DNA of 64,000 nucleotides, from contig NC_043016.1 in assembly GCF_006345805.1 (NCBI RefSeq), forward strand, positions 24,490,001-24,554,000. Reading direction: 5' to 3'. The DNA comes from Octopus sinensis. Its lineage: Eukaryota. This document shows positions 39,981-54,643 of the stretch, piece after piece (position 1 is the stretch's first letter; the number at the start of each line of letters is the position of its first letter). The notes under the pieces are model-generated. The model did not search any database. It had not been told where the DNA came from and saw only the letters and a list, made by a program, of their open reading frames with translations. Both the position numbers and the translations under genes were made by a program.

Positions 39981-42671
39981 GGGGTATGACTTTTTCATTA
40001 CCTAGTAACCCTATACGGTAATTCGATGAATAATTTCATAAAAATCGGGAAACTAACATATATTTTGCTTTATTTGAAAAAATGTCACCCCCAACGTAAG
40101 AAATTGATCATCACTTTTGACCCAAATCATGTAAAATTCTAGTGGGGTTCATAACGCTTGTTCAACTTTTTACCAAACTTGGTGTGCTGACTCAGTGCAA
40201 TGCAGAAATAGTATATCTGAAATTTCAGCTTTCTAGTTGAAGTAGTTTCGGAGTTATGGACTTTTAAAACTATAATCACTAAGTGGCACTAGATTCACAC
40301 TTCAGTATTTTCATTGCCTAAATCCTTGTAAACACAACAGAGCTGTGAAATAAAAGTGCATTTATACATTTTTGAGATTACTGAATTGAAATTGCTCTCT
40401 GCAAAGGTTCAAAACTAGGTTATTTTAAGACAGAGGTCACTCAAGTATTCAAATAATATACAAAATTAAAAGCAATACATATTTTTAACTTCATAGTTTA
40501 ATTCCAATTTTAAATAACTGTATAAGAAAACGGGTACTGAATGTTAGCAAATTTTTAAACATAACAGAGAATTAATATGTTTTGTTAGATAAAATAAATC
40601 AAAGCTGAAGTTTCTCCTCCTTTTTATTAATGTCATAAAGATCTTGAAGGCATTTGATTGCCCATTCTGCACTCTGATTTGTCCTGGGAATTTCCAGTTT
40701 TGATGGTTCTCGACTAAAAAGTTTTTTACAGAGTTTTTTACAGCTGTAAGAGATGAATCAGCAAACATTGAGAAGCAAAAGTCTTTACTCTGGTAGAAGA
40801 ATAAATGCCAAAAGAGCTGCTATTGTTTGAGAATTCCATCTTACATGACTTAAGATGGTTATTTTTTTGAAACTTCACAGTAGGAAATTTTCCAGTTTCT
40901 TCAAATAAACAAAAACCTCTGATCAAATTAAATAGAAATTTCATGTCATCTCACCATCCTGCTGATTCAGTAATCTTTTCTTCACCACTGTTGAAATTAC
41001 TTAGAAGCTCTTGGATAAATGTATATTCAATATTGGGAGATGACTTTTTTCTCCAAGTTTGTTATCCATCACAACACAAAGAGTTCTATCAAGGATATGA
41101 TGCTGACAACCAATAAATTGCTATTCTTTCAAACCCTTTTGAACAAACAGTCTTTGCAACTGAGCAATAATGCCATTTCCTTTCCCAGTGTTCACACTTG
41201 TTGTATCAGCAACAATCATCTTTACACAGTTCCATAAATTGTACTCAACTAAAACAGCTGTTATTCCTTTCACAACAGTATCGGCTTTTCTGCTTGGTAA
41301 TTGGAGTGCTTCTAACTTAACTTCCCCCTGCTCATTCTTTAAAACTAGCACTTGATATTCTTGGTTATCAATACGTTTTCCATCAAAACGCAATGATCAG
41401 TTTTCTAAATGTAGTGTTTTCTTCATTTTCTCTTTTAGTTTAACAGCTTCTTTGATTGTTGATTTGTAAATACCAGATTGGGAAAAAGTCTCAACATTGA
41501 CTCCATCTTGAGATAATTGTCAACAAATTGTTGCTACTTTTTGGATTGATAACTTGGAAGATATTACTAACTTGGTTGCAGTTCCAGTTTTGTTATACTT
41601 CCTCTTTGTTTGTGTGGTTTCTTCAACTGATTTTGCAGACTCTTGTTATTCACTTTCAGTCTCTGCTTCAGACGTTGACAATAACACTGAAGTTGCTCTG
41701 GTTGAAGTTCACATTAAGGACACTTTTCTTCTTTTCGATGGATGGGTAGTTTTGGAACTGGCTGCCTTTCCAGTTGCATACCCAACATGTCCTTTGCTTT
41801 CAATTTGAAGATAATATAACCTTCTATCCTCACTGCAGTCAGTCACTCTTTTCCTTTATGATGTCAAAAACTCCTTTCCATGAATTCTATTTTCCTTGTT
41901 TCACACATTTATCGTAGGTACTTGGCACTTTTTCTACTTTTGCTTGTACATTTTGAATTGATAAATATGGGAAATTTAATTTCTTTTGCCATAAAAAATT
42001 ACTTCTTTAGAAATTTCCTTTGTTCTTCCTTTCCTTCCTTTGATGGTACCTTCAAGGAACAGGTAGTGACCAACAATTTGAAGTTTCATTGGTATCCTGC
42101 AGTTGTTTTCCAAAGAATGCTCTTCTAAAGGAACAGGTCTTCTTTTCCTATGTGAGTCTTGAAATTGCATGAGATTCTTCATGCAGATTTTTTTTTTCCT
42201 TTGATTGACACAAACACTTCTCTTATGAGACATTATTTTAGATACTCTAGTTAGATAAGCCTACTACTCTGAAAAACAGTTTGATATAGTCAGAGTTTTT
42301 AGTGTCACAGAAATAAAAAGGTGAGGAAGAGGATATTTCCTAAAGTAGGGCCTAAGTGATAACAAATTAAAAACTCTATAACTCCTAAATTACTTAAACT
42401 TGAAAGCTGAAATTTGAGATATACTGCTTCTGCATTGCATTTAGTCAGCGCACCAAGTTTGGTAAAAACTTGTGTAGGCATTATGAAACACCTGCCCCCT
42501 AAAATTTTGCATGATTTGGGTCAAAAGTGGTGTTAGATTTCTTCAGTTGAGGGTGACGCTTTTTTTTTTTTTAAATTAAAATAAAAGTTATTTTCCTTAC
42601 TTATATGAAATTGTTCCTTGACTTGATCCAGGAAATTGTTTACCTCCAAAATAATCAAAAAGTCATAACCC
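39981..42671 (-). mobile_element. 2.7-kb DNA transposon with about 290-bp imperfect TIRs and a disrupted hAT-like (hATm-type?) transposase
   Basis: Ends GGGGTATGACTTTTT / AAAAAGTCATAACCC, flanked by TTA on both sides. Inverted homology between 39981-40269 and 42368-42671. Minus-strand ORF pieces contain FDGK, IVADTTSVNTG and, in frame after a TAG, QFIGCQHHILD. Confidence 0.85.
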
Positions 42672-42699
42672 TTATATATATATATATACCCTTCTGACG

Positions 42700-43720
42700 G
42701 TCACTCCTGATCATAATGGAGGGGTTTGCATGGACCAATGGTTCTGAAAGCACTTCTATCGAGAGTCTTAAATCACTTGTAAGGCCACCCTTGGTGGCAA
42801 GGTCAAAGACAAGGATCTAGACTAAGTGCAACCAATCCCTGAAGAACCCCTATCATGGAACAAATGGATAATGATTGCAACCGATCTCAGTGGTTGAACC
42901 AGAACATGAAGAGGGCTATATATAACTGGTAAGCTACAGAAGGCACCACTCAGAACTATAACCAGATCAGCAGTTTTAAAACTGCATCCTGCATGACTCA
43001 TTCAATATGTGTTACAGACAAAGGTTATGAAACCAAGTGTGTGGGTCACATCTTGGCAAATTAAGGTCCACCTTAAACAAATTCAAGTCATCAGCACTTC
43101 CTTCTATTCTGATTTTCTTTTATCATCATCCAACTTTTGAAAAGCCCAATGGTGATAGGGAATGGATGACAAGAGCAGATTTTGGTCAAACTGGAAGATT
43201 CTCATCCTAAACCTGTACATTGGAAGTCATCCTATTTAGATCTAGTGACAATTAAGAGTCCAGTCCTGCATTTGTATCTGGGCATGCCTGTTTAGTAATA
43301 TTGCTGCCCACCTCAATTGAAGAAGGTCCTAGAAAAGGTGGTCTAAACATTGGAAGTTACTACCATTATCTGGCTCAGAAATCACATCTAATGATAGACG
43401 GTGCCATCATACAGCAACACAACAAAAGAGATGTCCTTGTCACCGAATTGGGCCTTTATGCTGATGACTGCTGGTATTAATGCTACCATATGTAAAAGCA
43501 TTGCCATTTGTAAAAAACCAACCATATCATAGCAACCACTATATCAAAGTTCTAATCTAGTCAATGACTAGTCTATTGATGAAGAATGGAAAGTTGCAGA
43601 AATGCCAAACACTGTCATCAGCTTCACTAAGATCAAAAATCAGGACTGGTTTGATGAAAACTTTTGAAATCAATCAACCTGATTGAGGAAGAAAAAAATG
43701 CTCAACAGGCTCATGAACAA
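42700..43720 (+). mobile_element. RTE-BovB-like LINE, 5' and endonuclease region, highly degenerate
   Basis: Residual WSKHWKLL...KRDVLVT...ADDCW and FTKIKNQDWFDEN, resembling the RTE motif (K)HQDWFDEN. Confidence 0.6.
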
Positions 43721-45290
43721 GACCAAAGATCCATACTCCTCCTCCCACCCTAAACACACCAAGCTTTCCATCCCCTATTCCGAATTCCTCCATCTACGCA
43801 GACTCTGTAGTGACGACCATGACTTTGAGACTCAGTCTCAACTCATGGCTCGCCACTTCATCCTATGTGGATATCTCCTCACCACTATCCACACCACCCT
43901 TGCCAGAGCACGTTCCGTGGACTGTGCATCTGTTCTCTCCCCCTGAACCTGCCCCGCCATCTCCTGCCTCCCATTTTCCCTCACCTACCACTCCACCACC
44001 CTACCTCTCCAATGCACCATTCTCCAAGCCTTCTGGCAACTCCAGTCTGACCCCTCCACTTCGCACATCTTCCCTAACTGACCCCTCCCATCCTTCGAAT
44101 GAGCCCACAACCTATGAGACCTCTTGGTCCACAGCTTCTTCCCTAACCCAACTTCCCAACCTGGCTTGTTCCCTTGCTCCCATCCATACTGCCACACTTG
44201 CCCTTACCTCTCCAACACCACCCTCCTCACCAGCACCCATCATCGACCCTATCACATCATCAACTCCTTTACCTGCACTTCTACCAATGTCATCTACTGC
44301 ATCTGCTGCTCTTTCTACTTTTCTCTATACATAGGGCAAACGGGATGCCACTTGGCTAACCTCAAAGACATCTGACCCAGCAATGACACTCTGGTCTCAC
44401 ACCATTTCCACTCTACCAGTCACTCTTTGCAACACCTGTCCGTGTTCGGATTGTCCTAGCACAGGGGTCATCTGGACTTCCATTTGTGTCGTGAACAGGG
44501 ATTAATCTTCTTTTTTCCCTCCTTTGCACCACATGGGCTCAACTCTCCTCCCCTTGCCTCTCTCCCCCTCATATCTACTTCCTCCCATCCTCCTCTCTTC
44601 TCTTGCTCTAACTCCTACTTCTTCTCTTCACTCCTACCCACCATCTCCTTTCCCCTTCATCATCACCCCTCCCTCCTAACCTCACCCACCCCTACACATT
44701 CCAACCCCACCTTCCCATCCTTCCCATCCCACCCCACCCCATTCCTTACACCCACTCCCACATACCCCACCTCTACCCCCACCCTCATCATTACCCACAC
44801 CCCACACTTGCTTTCTCCACTCTCACCTCCCCTACCTCTCAACACCATCACACCACACCACACACCACTACACCGTACACCACCATACCACACAACACAT
44901 CACATCACACTACCACGCACACACTAACACTGACCACTTCCCAGCCCCACATCTTCACACGTCAAGGTCACCAGCCCTCTTCCACACACACATACATACT
45001 CTCTTACACACATGCACAAGCACCTTCATTTTAGGATCACCACTACTTTATTATCTCCCCTTCTTCCTAGCTCTTCTGTGTGCCCCTTCTGTCCAGCATT
45101 CGCCATGATACATCACTAGCCACTACACATTCTCTGTTTTCTCTCCATGTTTCTTTCCGTGTTCCTTTCTGTGAAAGAGCGTAGGCTGAAAACACTTTTT
45201 CACTTCCTGAGCATTAAACTAATACATCTGTTTGTTGTCTACACCACCTGCCTTCGTCTTTTGTTATTTTGTGAATTCTCCCCATATATT
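43720..45290 (+). mobile_element. Penelope-like element: RT thumb, GIY-YIG endonuclease and 3' tail
   Basis: SSHPKHTKLSIPYSEFLHLRRLCSDDHDF (PLE RT C-terminus); FTCTSTNVIYCICCSFYFSLYIGQTG (Cys-linker GIY-YIG, as in Neptune-type PLEs); SHHFHSTSHS; pyrimidine-rich tail. Confidence 0.85.
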
Positions 45291-46164
45291 TTGACTAATT
45301 GGTCAAATTTCACCTCACTGTAATGACAGTAAATTTGACATCTTGAAAGTTACTTTTATACTCTCTTACATTTATCTCTTCTTATACTTAACCCTTGTTA
45401 CATATTCTCTCACTCTTTTCTTCGTTCCAATCAATCTTTAGCCACATCATCATCATCATCATCATCATCATCCTCATCATTACCATCATCATCATCATCG
45501 TTATTTTTACCCTATCTTCCCTTCTGTCTCTCTTCATCTACCTACCTCCAACTCCATCTCACTCACCCTCTCTTTACTTCCCTCCTTTCTGTGATTTTAT
45601 CACATTTCTTCCGCACATCACTTACACATGCATGCTTACATATAATTGTCCTTCACAAACTAGCTAATTACCTCCTCACCTTCCTCATTATCTCTCTCAC
45701 ACCCTCCCTCACCCTCTCCCATCATTCAACCGCACACATTTACATACTCATGCAATGAAGACTCTTGGCACATTGGCCTAGCCTATAGGGTTTGCATTCA
45801 ATTTCACCAGCCAATCCAAGGATATAATTCTGGAATGAACATATCTAGCATTTCATATCGTCCCTCTGTGTGTGTGTGCGCGCATGTGGTATTGTGTGCC
45901 TGCATATGTGTGTGTGTGTGTGTGTATGTGTGCTTGCATATGATGTATATGTATGTATGTATGTATGTGTGTATGTATATATATACACACACACATACAC
46001 CCATATATACATATTTATATATATATGAATATATACTAGGGTGCAGTGAATATAGTATTGTCTAAATTATTCAAAAGGGAAAATAACACTGACATCTCAC
46101 TTTAACAGACATATTTACCAAAATTACATAAAAACATCTTGAAATACTAAACAGTATTCACATA

Positions 46165-46578
46165 GGTGCAGGAGTGGTCGTGTGGTAAGTAGCTTGCTTA
46201 CCAACCACATGGTTCCGGGTTCAGTCCCACTGTGTGGCATCTTGGGCAAGTGTCTTCCACTATAGCCTCAGGCCGACCAAAGCCTTGTGAGTGGATTTGG
46301 TAGACGGAAACTGAAAGCCCGTCATATATATGTATATATGTGTGTATGTGTGTGTGTGTTTGTGTGTCTGTGTTTGTCCCCCAACATCGCTTTACAACCA
46401 ATGCTGGTATGTTTACGTCCCCATAACTTAGTGGTTCGGCAAAAGAGACCGATAGAATAAGTACTTGGCTTACAAAGAATAAGCCCTGGGGTTGATTTGC
46501 TCGACTAAAGGCGGTGCTCCAGCATGACTGCAGTCAAATGACTGAAACAAGTAAAAGAGTAAAAGAGTAAAGAGTAAA
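46165..46578 (+). mobile_element. tRNA-derived SINE, full length, young
   Basis: ggtgcaggagtggtcgtgtggtaagtagc head; aaaggcggtgctccagcatgactgcagtcaaatgactgaaacaag(taaaagag)n tail. Confidence 0.88.
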
Positions 46579-47140
46579 ATTATTCAATAAAATTGCCATT
46601 GGTTTCAACCATGGCCTCCAGATGACTTTGGAGTCCCCTGCAACTCTTCTGGACAGTCTCCTTGTTTGAGTTGGTGAATGCTGTAATAATCATTGCCTTC
46701 AGTTCATCTTTGGTTTTACAAGTCTTGTTGGTCTCTCGCTCGACTGTGCTCCACATAATAATCAATGTGGAGAGTTAGGTGGCCAGATGTTAGGGGTGAT
46801 GTGGTCACAGATATCTGACAGCCATGACTGGGTTCTCCTGCTTGTGTGGCATGGTGCAGAGTCCTGTTGCAAGAGTCATCTTCCAGCAGCCAGCCCCTTA
46901 ACCCAGGGCAACACTACCTCCTCCAGGCACTTGATGTAAGCTTCCATGTTGAGTCTGAGGCTGTGTGGGAAGATGAATGGAGGCATAAAGTTGCCGTCAT
47001 TAGTGATCACTCCAAACACCATGATGTTGACTATATGTTTGATTTTTATCATTTTCAGTGCATATTTTGGGGAAACATCAAGCCAACAGTTGTTCTGTAT
47101 GTTCACCATCTGAAATTTTTCTCGTCTGAAAAAAACCAAA
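46579..47140 (-). mobile_element. Tc1/mariner DD37D (maT) transposase, C-terminal half
   Basis: MVFGVITNDGNFMPPFIFPHSLRLNMEAYIKCLEEVVLPWVK...; IWPPNSP; WSTVERETNK...NGNFIE. The second-to-third Asp spacing is reconstructed as about 37 and is eroded by deletions. Confidence 0.8.
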
Positions 47141-47338
47141 GTATGTTCAGACATTCATACATATACATACATACACATACATACATATATATATATATAC
47201 ATACATACATACACACATACATGTTCCCATACATTCATACATATATGCATGCATGCATACATGCATACATACATACAAAAATACATACATACATACATAC
47301 ATACATACCTCTTTTTTTCTGTGTTTTCTTGTTTGGAT

Positions 47339-47376
<38 letters not shown>

Positions 47377-48189
47377 TCTTCTGTCAATTTCCATCATCCA
47401 AATCCACCCAGGACTATAGTAGAAGACACTTGCTTGAGATGCCAGGCAGTGGGACTGAACCTGGAGCTATATGGTTGGAAACCAAATTTCTTACCTACAC
47501 AATCAAGCCTGTGTCTCGCAGCCACCCATACACACGTATGCAATTGATAGAATGATATTTATTAAACTCTTAATGACCCTCAATTATTTGCAATTGAAAC
47601 TTTGAGATAAAAAACTAAGATAATTGATGCTTATCTCTTCTTCCTGTTTCATGCTATCAAGAGAAAGTGAACCTTTGTAACAAAAACAAGACAAACAACA
47701 AGAACAACAACTATAATGACTACTATAAGAGTACAGTCTTAAGGCTGAATTGCTCGTTGCTTGACCTGTCAGAAATAGCAGTCAAATTTAATTCTTATGA
47801 CACTCTACTGTAGTTGTTCTCAACCAGGATCCATATGGGTCTTGCGAAGTCCATATTACAAGATTTTGCTAAAACTTATGTGCAATAAATTGGCTATACT
47901 TCTACAACACACAAAATATTTTAATGATTTATTTCATTATATTTCTGAATAAAATTTAGTTCATGATCATCAACATCATTTAATGTTCATTTTCCATGTT
48001 GGCATGGGTTGGACAGTTTGACAGAAGCTGTCCAGCTGAAGAGTTGCTCAGGCTCCATGTCTATTTTGGCATAGTTTCTACAGCTGGATGCCTTTCCTAA
48101 TGCCAACCACTCTACAGAGTGCACTGGGTGTTTTTACATTGCACCAGCACCTACGAGTCTGCAAAATTAGGGATGCTCAGCTGGAGAGG

Positions 48190-49085
48190 GTTACATGGTA
48201 TGAGCCTGTATACAAGAGCAACCACACTTTAAATTAGCGTGACATGGCTTTTCAAGCACAGCAAACTGCCAGGAGTCTTGAGCCCCTATCATCCCTTTTG
48301 TGAAACGAAACACTGATGAATGAATAGTCCACCACATGTTCAATACTGGAATTTGACTCCACTTTGTATGCCGCCAAAAGCATACTTCAGCATCACTGAA
48401 AAGTAGAGTGCAAACAAAACAGGGGCCATAACACAACTTTGCTTTTTGCCATTTGTAACATCAAAGGAAGCTGAAAGTTCTCCACCAGACATGACAGCAG
48501 CCTTCATTTCCTCATGAAAGAAGATGATAACATTCAACATCTTGTCAGGTATACCAAGCTTTTTCAGAACTTTCCATATTGCTTGCTGGTTAACGGCATC
48601 AAGGGCCTTAGTAAGGTCAATGAATAGCATGAACAACTCTTGATTTTTCTCGCATACCTTCTAAATGACCTGTAGAAGGTAAAAGATCATGTTGATAGTG
48701 CCACGACCAGAGTGAAATCTGCACTGTGATTCTGGACCAAGCAAGAATCTTACCAGCAATAGATGGAAGCAATATTCCACAATGATTATCACAGACACAC
48801 CTGTTTCCTTTGTTCTTATAAAGATGTTGAATTGAGGCATCCTTGAAGTAATGTAGTACACGGCCTACCATCCAAATATTTATGAAGAGGTAATGCAGTT
48901 TCTTAAAAAGCTTCTGTCCACCATGATTTCAGGAGGGACAGCATCCCTGCCAAGTGCTTTACCAGAAGAGATCTGTTTAATGAAGTTTACCACTTCCAGG
49001 AAGGTTGGCTCCCGAGACAGTTCTGTTATTTCAGTGTGCTGTGGAATAGACATTATCATGTCATCATTAGTGACTGAGGTGGGGT
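48190..49085 (-). mobile_element. RTE-BovB-like LINE RT fragment
   Basis: ISSGKALGRDAVPPEI; YKNKGNRCVCDNHCGILL; PESQCRFHSGRGTINMIF; FIDLTKALDAVN; VTNGKKQSCVMAPVLFALYF (RT domains 1-4). Frameshifted. Confidence 0.88.
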
Positions 49086-49127
49086 TCAACAAACATACAT
49101 ACAAACATATATACTAACATACACATA

Positions 49128-49159
<32 letters not shown>

Positions 49160-49194
49160 TACACACACATATATATATACATATATATATGTAT

Positions 49195-49248
<54 letters not shown>

Positions 49249-49249
49249 C

Positions 49250-49349
<100 letters not shown>

Positions 49350-49584
49350 TACACACATACATATATATATACACTTTTATAGGGGATTAATCGATATGCG
49401 GGTATTCTATTTCATAGAATACAAAAATAACCTAATGAGTATATCTGATAGTAAACTCATGGTATCAGTTTGCACATCATGAAATAATACTTAGAGGATA
49501 TAACCAAAATTTCCAGCTGGATATATAATGTACTTCATTAATTATATCATACTTTAGTTAATACTTATATTTATTAAATATGAA

Positions 49585-49720
49585 GGCACTACACATGTTT
49601 CAGTATTGGAAGGTTACAATATATATACATATACACGACTGTATCCCCATATATATACATATATAAATATATATATGCAATCGTCAGATTTACAATTATT
49701 CCAACACATCTTCAGGTTCT
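49585..49720 (-). ncRNA. Hammerhead-like motif, long stem II, degenerate stem I
   Basis: Minus strand: aacCTGAAGAt-gtgttggaa...ttccaatac-tGAAACatgtGTAgtg. Confidence 0.4.
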
Positions 49721-49979
49721 ATTTCAAAATATTATATATCTAATTTTACATCCCTTTGAAAATAAGCAATACCATTTAGCATTAAAGATTAAAAATTATG
49801 AATTAAAAATTAAGAATAAAAATTATACTTTGTAATATTAAGAATTAAAATTTATAAATTATACGTTATAAATATGAAATAGTATATATATCAATCATAT
49901 ACTTGATTTTTACATGATTGTAAGATATACTTGTGTGCGGGGGTGTATGTGTGTGTGTGTGTGTGTGTGTGTATGAGTA

Positions 49980-51425
49980 GGCCAGCACACTGTCAAAGAA
50001 GATTCCTAGGGCTAGAAAAATCCTCATGTGACGTAGGTCGAAGATCTCAAAGCAGCTGAATAGACAACTGACAGATAGAGAGAAGTGTGTCTTAAGACAG
50101 ACACTCCTAGAAATTGAAAGCAAGATCAAACTGTCCCATGGAAGGGAAAGAACAGAGAGAGAGAGAAGGGCTGTGGAAAGTATAAAAATAAATCCCAAAG
50201 CTTTGTATAGATTCGCAAAGGAAACAGCTACAATACAATATAAAATAGGACCATTGTTCCAAGGGAATGACTCACTGACAGCAGACTCAGTAAAAATAAG
50301 CGAATACTCAATGAACAATTTAAAAGTGTCTTCATTTCCCCCCTTGGACACATGTAGATGAAAAAAATCCAGCTGAATTCTTTGATATTGCAGCTCTGAA
50401 AAAGGAGGTGCCAGTCATTGATTACATCAACATTGAGGAAACAGATGTAACAGCAGCCATTGATGAAATGAGTTCATGCTCTGTCACTGATCCTGAAGGC
50501 TTCCCAGCTATTCTCCTAAAGTCGTGTAAGCTGGCTTTAGCGAAACCACTTCAGATACTTTTCCAAAGTTTCCTTGCATGTGGTATACTTCCTAAAAAGC
50601 TGAAAGAAGGTATTATATGCCCTATCCACAAAGGTGGAAGTAGAGCAGAAGCCCCAAACTACAGGCCAATCTCTCTGACTTCGCATATCAGTAAAGTCAT
50701 GGGGCAAATCATCAGAATGAAGTTGATAATGTTCCTAGAAGAAAATGACCTACTGAACAATACTCAGCATGGCTTCCGCCCAGGAAGAAGCTGCCTCACA
50801 CAGCTCCTTTGGCACTATGACTGGGTTTTGAAACAGCTGCTTTCAGATGTCAGTGTGATATACCTTGACTTTGTAAAGGCATTTGATAAGGTAGATCATG
50901 GCATAATAAGTCATAAGCTATGAGACCTTGGCATTGCTGGTAAACTGGGAGAGTGGCTGCATGACTTCCTTAAAAACAGAAATTAGGTAGTTGCAGCCAA
51001 TGGCACCCTTTCTGAGGAAACTCAGATCCTAAGTGGTGTCCCCCAGGGAACTGTTCTGGGGCCATTGCTGTTCATAATAGCCCTCTTAGACATGCCCACA
51101 GTCACTCGGACAGCCACTGTCACAAGCTATGCCAATGACACAAACTTATCACAGGCAGTAAAGAACCAAGAGGATGTTACAAGCTTACAGGGGTACCTGA
51201 ACTCTGTGTACAAGTGGGCTGAAAGAAACAACATGCAGTTTAATGCTGGAAAATTTAAAGTGCTGCAATATAAACTCAGTACAAATACAGTACAAAGTAC
51301 ATTTACAAAAGCCGAAGGCACTACAATCCCAGAGTCACTGGCAGTGAAAGACTTGGGGATCAGCATGTGCAATGATGCATCATTTCATATGCACATAAGC
51401 AAGATGGCAGCAAAGTGCAGACAAC
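49980..51425 (+). mobile_element. CR1-like LINE ORF2 (RT), large degenerate fragment
   Basis: [15 protein letters not shown]; QHGFRPGRSCLTQLL; IYLDFVKAFDKVDH; SGVPQGTVLGPLLFII; SYANDT; WAERNNMQFNAGKFK. Confidence 0.92.
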
Positions 51426-52190
51426 TGGCTCGAACGGTGCTTTTTACGTGCCACCAGCACGGGAGTCAGTCAGTGGCCCTGGCAATGATCATACTCGGAT
51501 GGTGCTTTCAATGTTTCACTGGCATGAGTGCCAATCAAGTGACACTGTCATCGGCCATGTCAGCGATTTTGATTTTACATGCCTCAACAGGTCTTTGCAA
51601 ACAAAGTTCATTGTCCAATGAATGAAGGGTACTCTTAAATGGGCGGGTTATATACCACTGGCATAGACCATGGGTTATGGTCTCACTTGGCTTGTCGAGT
51701 TGTATCAAGCACAGCATATCTCCAAAGGTCTCAGTCACTTGTCATTGCCTCAGTGAGGCCGAATGTTCAAAAGTCATGCTTCACCACCTCATCTCAGGTC
51801 TTCCTGGGTCTACCTCTTCTACAAGTTCCCTCTACTGCTAGGGTGAGACACTTTTTCACACAGCTGTCCTCATTCATTCGCAACACATGACCATACCAGT
51901 GCAGTCATCTCTCTTGCACACTGCATCTGATGCTTCTTAGGTCAAACTTTTCTTTCAGGGAGCTTACACCCTGTCATGTATGCACACTGAGTTTACACAT
52001 CCAGCGGATCATACTGGCTTCATTTCTTGCAAGCTTACACATGTCCTCAGTAGTCACAGCCCATGTTTCACTGCCATGTAACATGGCTGTTCACACACGT
52101 GCCATACAGTCTACCTTTTACTCTGAGTGAGATGCCCTTTGTCACCAACAGAGGTAGGAGCTCTTTGAACTTTGCCCAGGCTATTCTTAT
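51420..52190 (-). mobile_element. RTE-clade LINE 3' part
   Basis: Same UTR subrepeats and the ORF2 end (RGRPRKT*DEVVKHDF) as 16028-16820, extending further into ORF2. Confidence 0.8.
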
Positions 52191-53445
52191 TCTAGCAGCT
52201 ACACTTTCAGAGCATCACTGCTGTCATCATCATTGTTGTAGTCATCAGTGTTGTCATCACTCTGCTCATCATCTTTGTCGGTATTGTCATCATCACCGCC
52301 ATCACCACCACCAACACAGCTACCACCACTGCCAACACCACCACAGTCACCAACACCAACATCACCAAGTGTCCTCATCATCATCATCACCATCACCACC
52401 ACCACCAACATTGCTACCACCACTGCCAACACCACCACCGTCACCAACATCACCAAGTATCACCATCGGTCACCATCACCACCAACAACATTAACAGCAA
52501 CAGCAACACCATCACGGCAGATACTCACCACCACCACCATTACCGCCACCAACAACACCATTATCATCACTATTATCACCACCACCGCCGCCACCACAAC
52601 AACAACAAGACCACCACCACCACTACTACCACCACTACTACCACTATCCCCCCCCCCCATCATTACGACCATGAATGCCATCACCAACACCAGCACCAGC
52701 ACCGCCACCGCCAACATCCTACCATCATCATAAATGTAATGTACATTTTTTTCTTCCTAACACTAAAAAGACCAGAATGAACTTGTCAGTGGCAGTCACC
52801 TGAAGGTGGTAGATTACTACGATATGGTGGTGGTGGGGTGAGAACTTGAGAGGAAGACATACAGCTAAAAATGTAGTTCAGTGATGGGGATGGACAGGTG
52901 CAGGTGGTATATTATCGCAAATGAGTGTGAGGCAGGGGGGTGTGTAGAATCTGTTAGTTTGTAAAGTATAAATTAATGGTCTGTCCCCAGGGACTATGAA
53001 AAAGAATCATATGACCACCAATTTGGAAGGTAGAAAATAGAGGGACGGGGTGGGGGGTGAGTGGACACAGGGTGGTAGAGAGTAGGTGTCGGTGGGGAAA
53101 AAATTTTGATAAGTAAACTCTAATTAATTTTGAGTTTGAGTGTTAATTTATTAAGAGCTGAGTTGTGTCCACAGAAACAACAACAGTTCCAACAATAATA
53201 ACAAAATAATAAACTGACTGGAAGAGAAAAAAAAAAAGCAATGCAGACTCTATCTTTGCCACACAATTCTTATTACAGATTGCAAAGAACAGTGTGTCAG
53301 CAAGTTTCAACTTGTACATATATTTATATCTTTCTAGCTATCCATTTCCTTACCTATCTACCAATCTATCTTTTTGTCTATCTGTCTACCTTTCTGTGAG
53401 TTTATCTATCTATCTTCCTTTCTATCTATCTGTCTGTCTGTCTGT

Positions 53446-53512
<67 letters not shown>

Positions 53513-54090
53513 GCTAACTATCTATCTATCTATCTATCTATCACTCTATCTATCTAGCTAACTATCTATCTATCTATCTATCACTCTATCTATCTATCTA
53601 TCGATTTATCTACCTATCTTCCTTTCTATCTATCTATCTATCTATGTGTATTTGTGTGTGTGTGTGTAAACATATGTATGTATGCATGCAATGTATGTAT
53701 GTATGTATGTATGCATGCATGCATGTATATATGTATGTGTATGTATGTATGTACATGTGTGTATGTATATGTGTGTGTATGTGTGTGTACACAAGCGGGT
53801 ATGCTCATGTGTCTACTTAACAGTTCCTTTCTGCTTTCCAAAGTCAAACAACTAAATTCCCCCAGAAAAAACAAAACAAAACAAAAACAATTCTTTACTT
53901 ACTCAACTTGCCACCAATTTAACACAAATCTTTTCATAGTCTATATAACAATGATTTTGCTTAATTCAGTTGACAATGCTACAACATTAAACAAAGTGAT
54001 TATAACTGTTATCACAGTGAAGTTTCTACATAAATACTCGTATACATGTATACATGCATACTTACACATGTATGTGTAAATATGCATGTG

Positions 54091-54215
<125 letters not shown>

Positions 54216-54308
54216 TACATATATACATATGTGTGTGTGTGTGTGTGTGTGTATGTATATACATGCACATATACACACATACATACAATTATTCACACAC
54301 ACACACAC

Positions 54309-54351
<43 letters not shown>

Positions 54352-54546
54352 TATATATGTATATATACACACACACATATATATGTATTTATACACATAT
54401 ATATATTTCATATATAAGCTAGATAGATAGATAGATAGAGAAGTAGATTGGTGGATAGATAAGTAGATAGATAGATATACACACACATATACATATATAT
54501 GTATATGTATATATACACACACGCACAGACAGACAGACTATACATA

Positions 54547-54643
<97 letters not shown>

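Noticed and set aside
45165-45200. Hammerhead-like ctgtgaaagagcgtaggctgaaaac in the Penelope tail (similar remnant at 59050-59080)
   Set aside because: The CUGANGA and GAAAC cores are both mutated, too degenerate to call.
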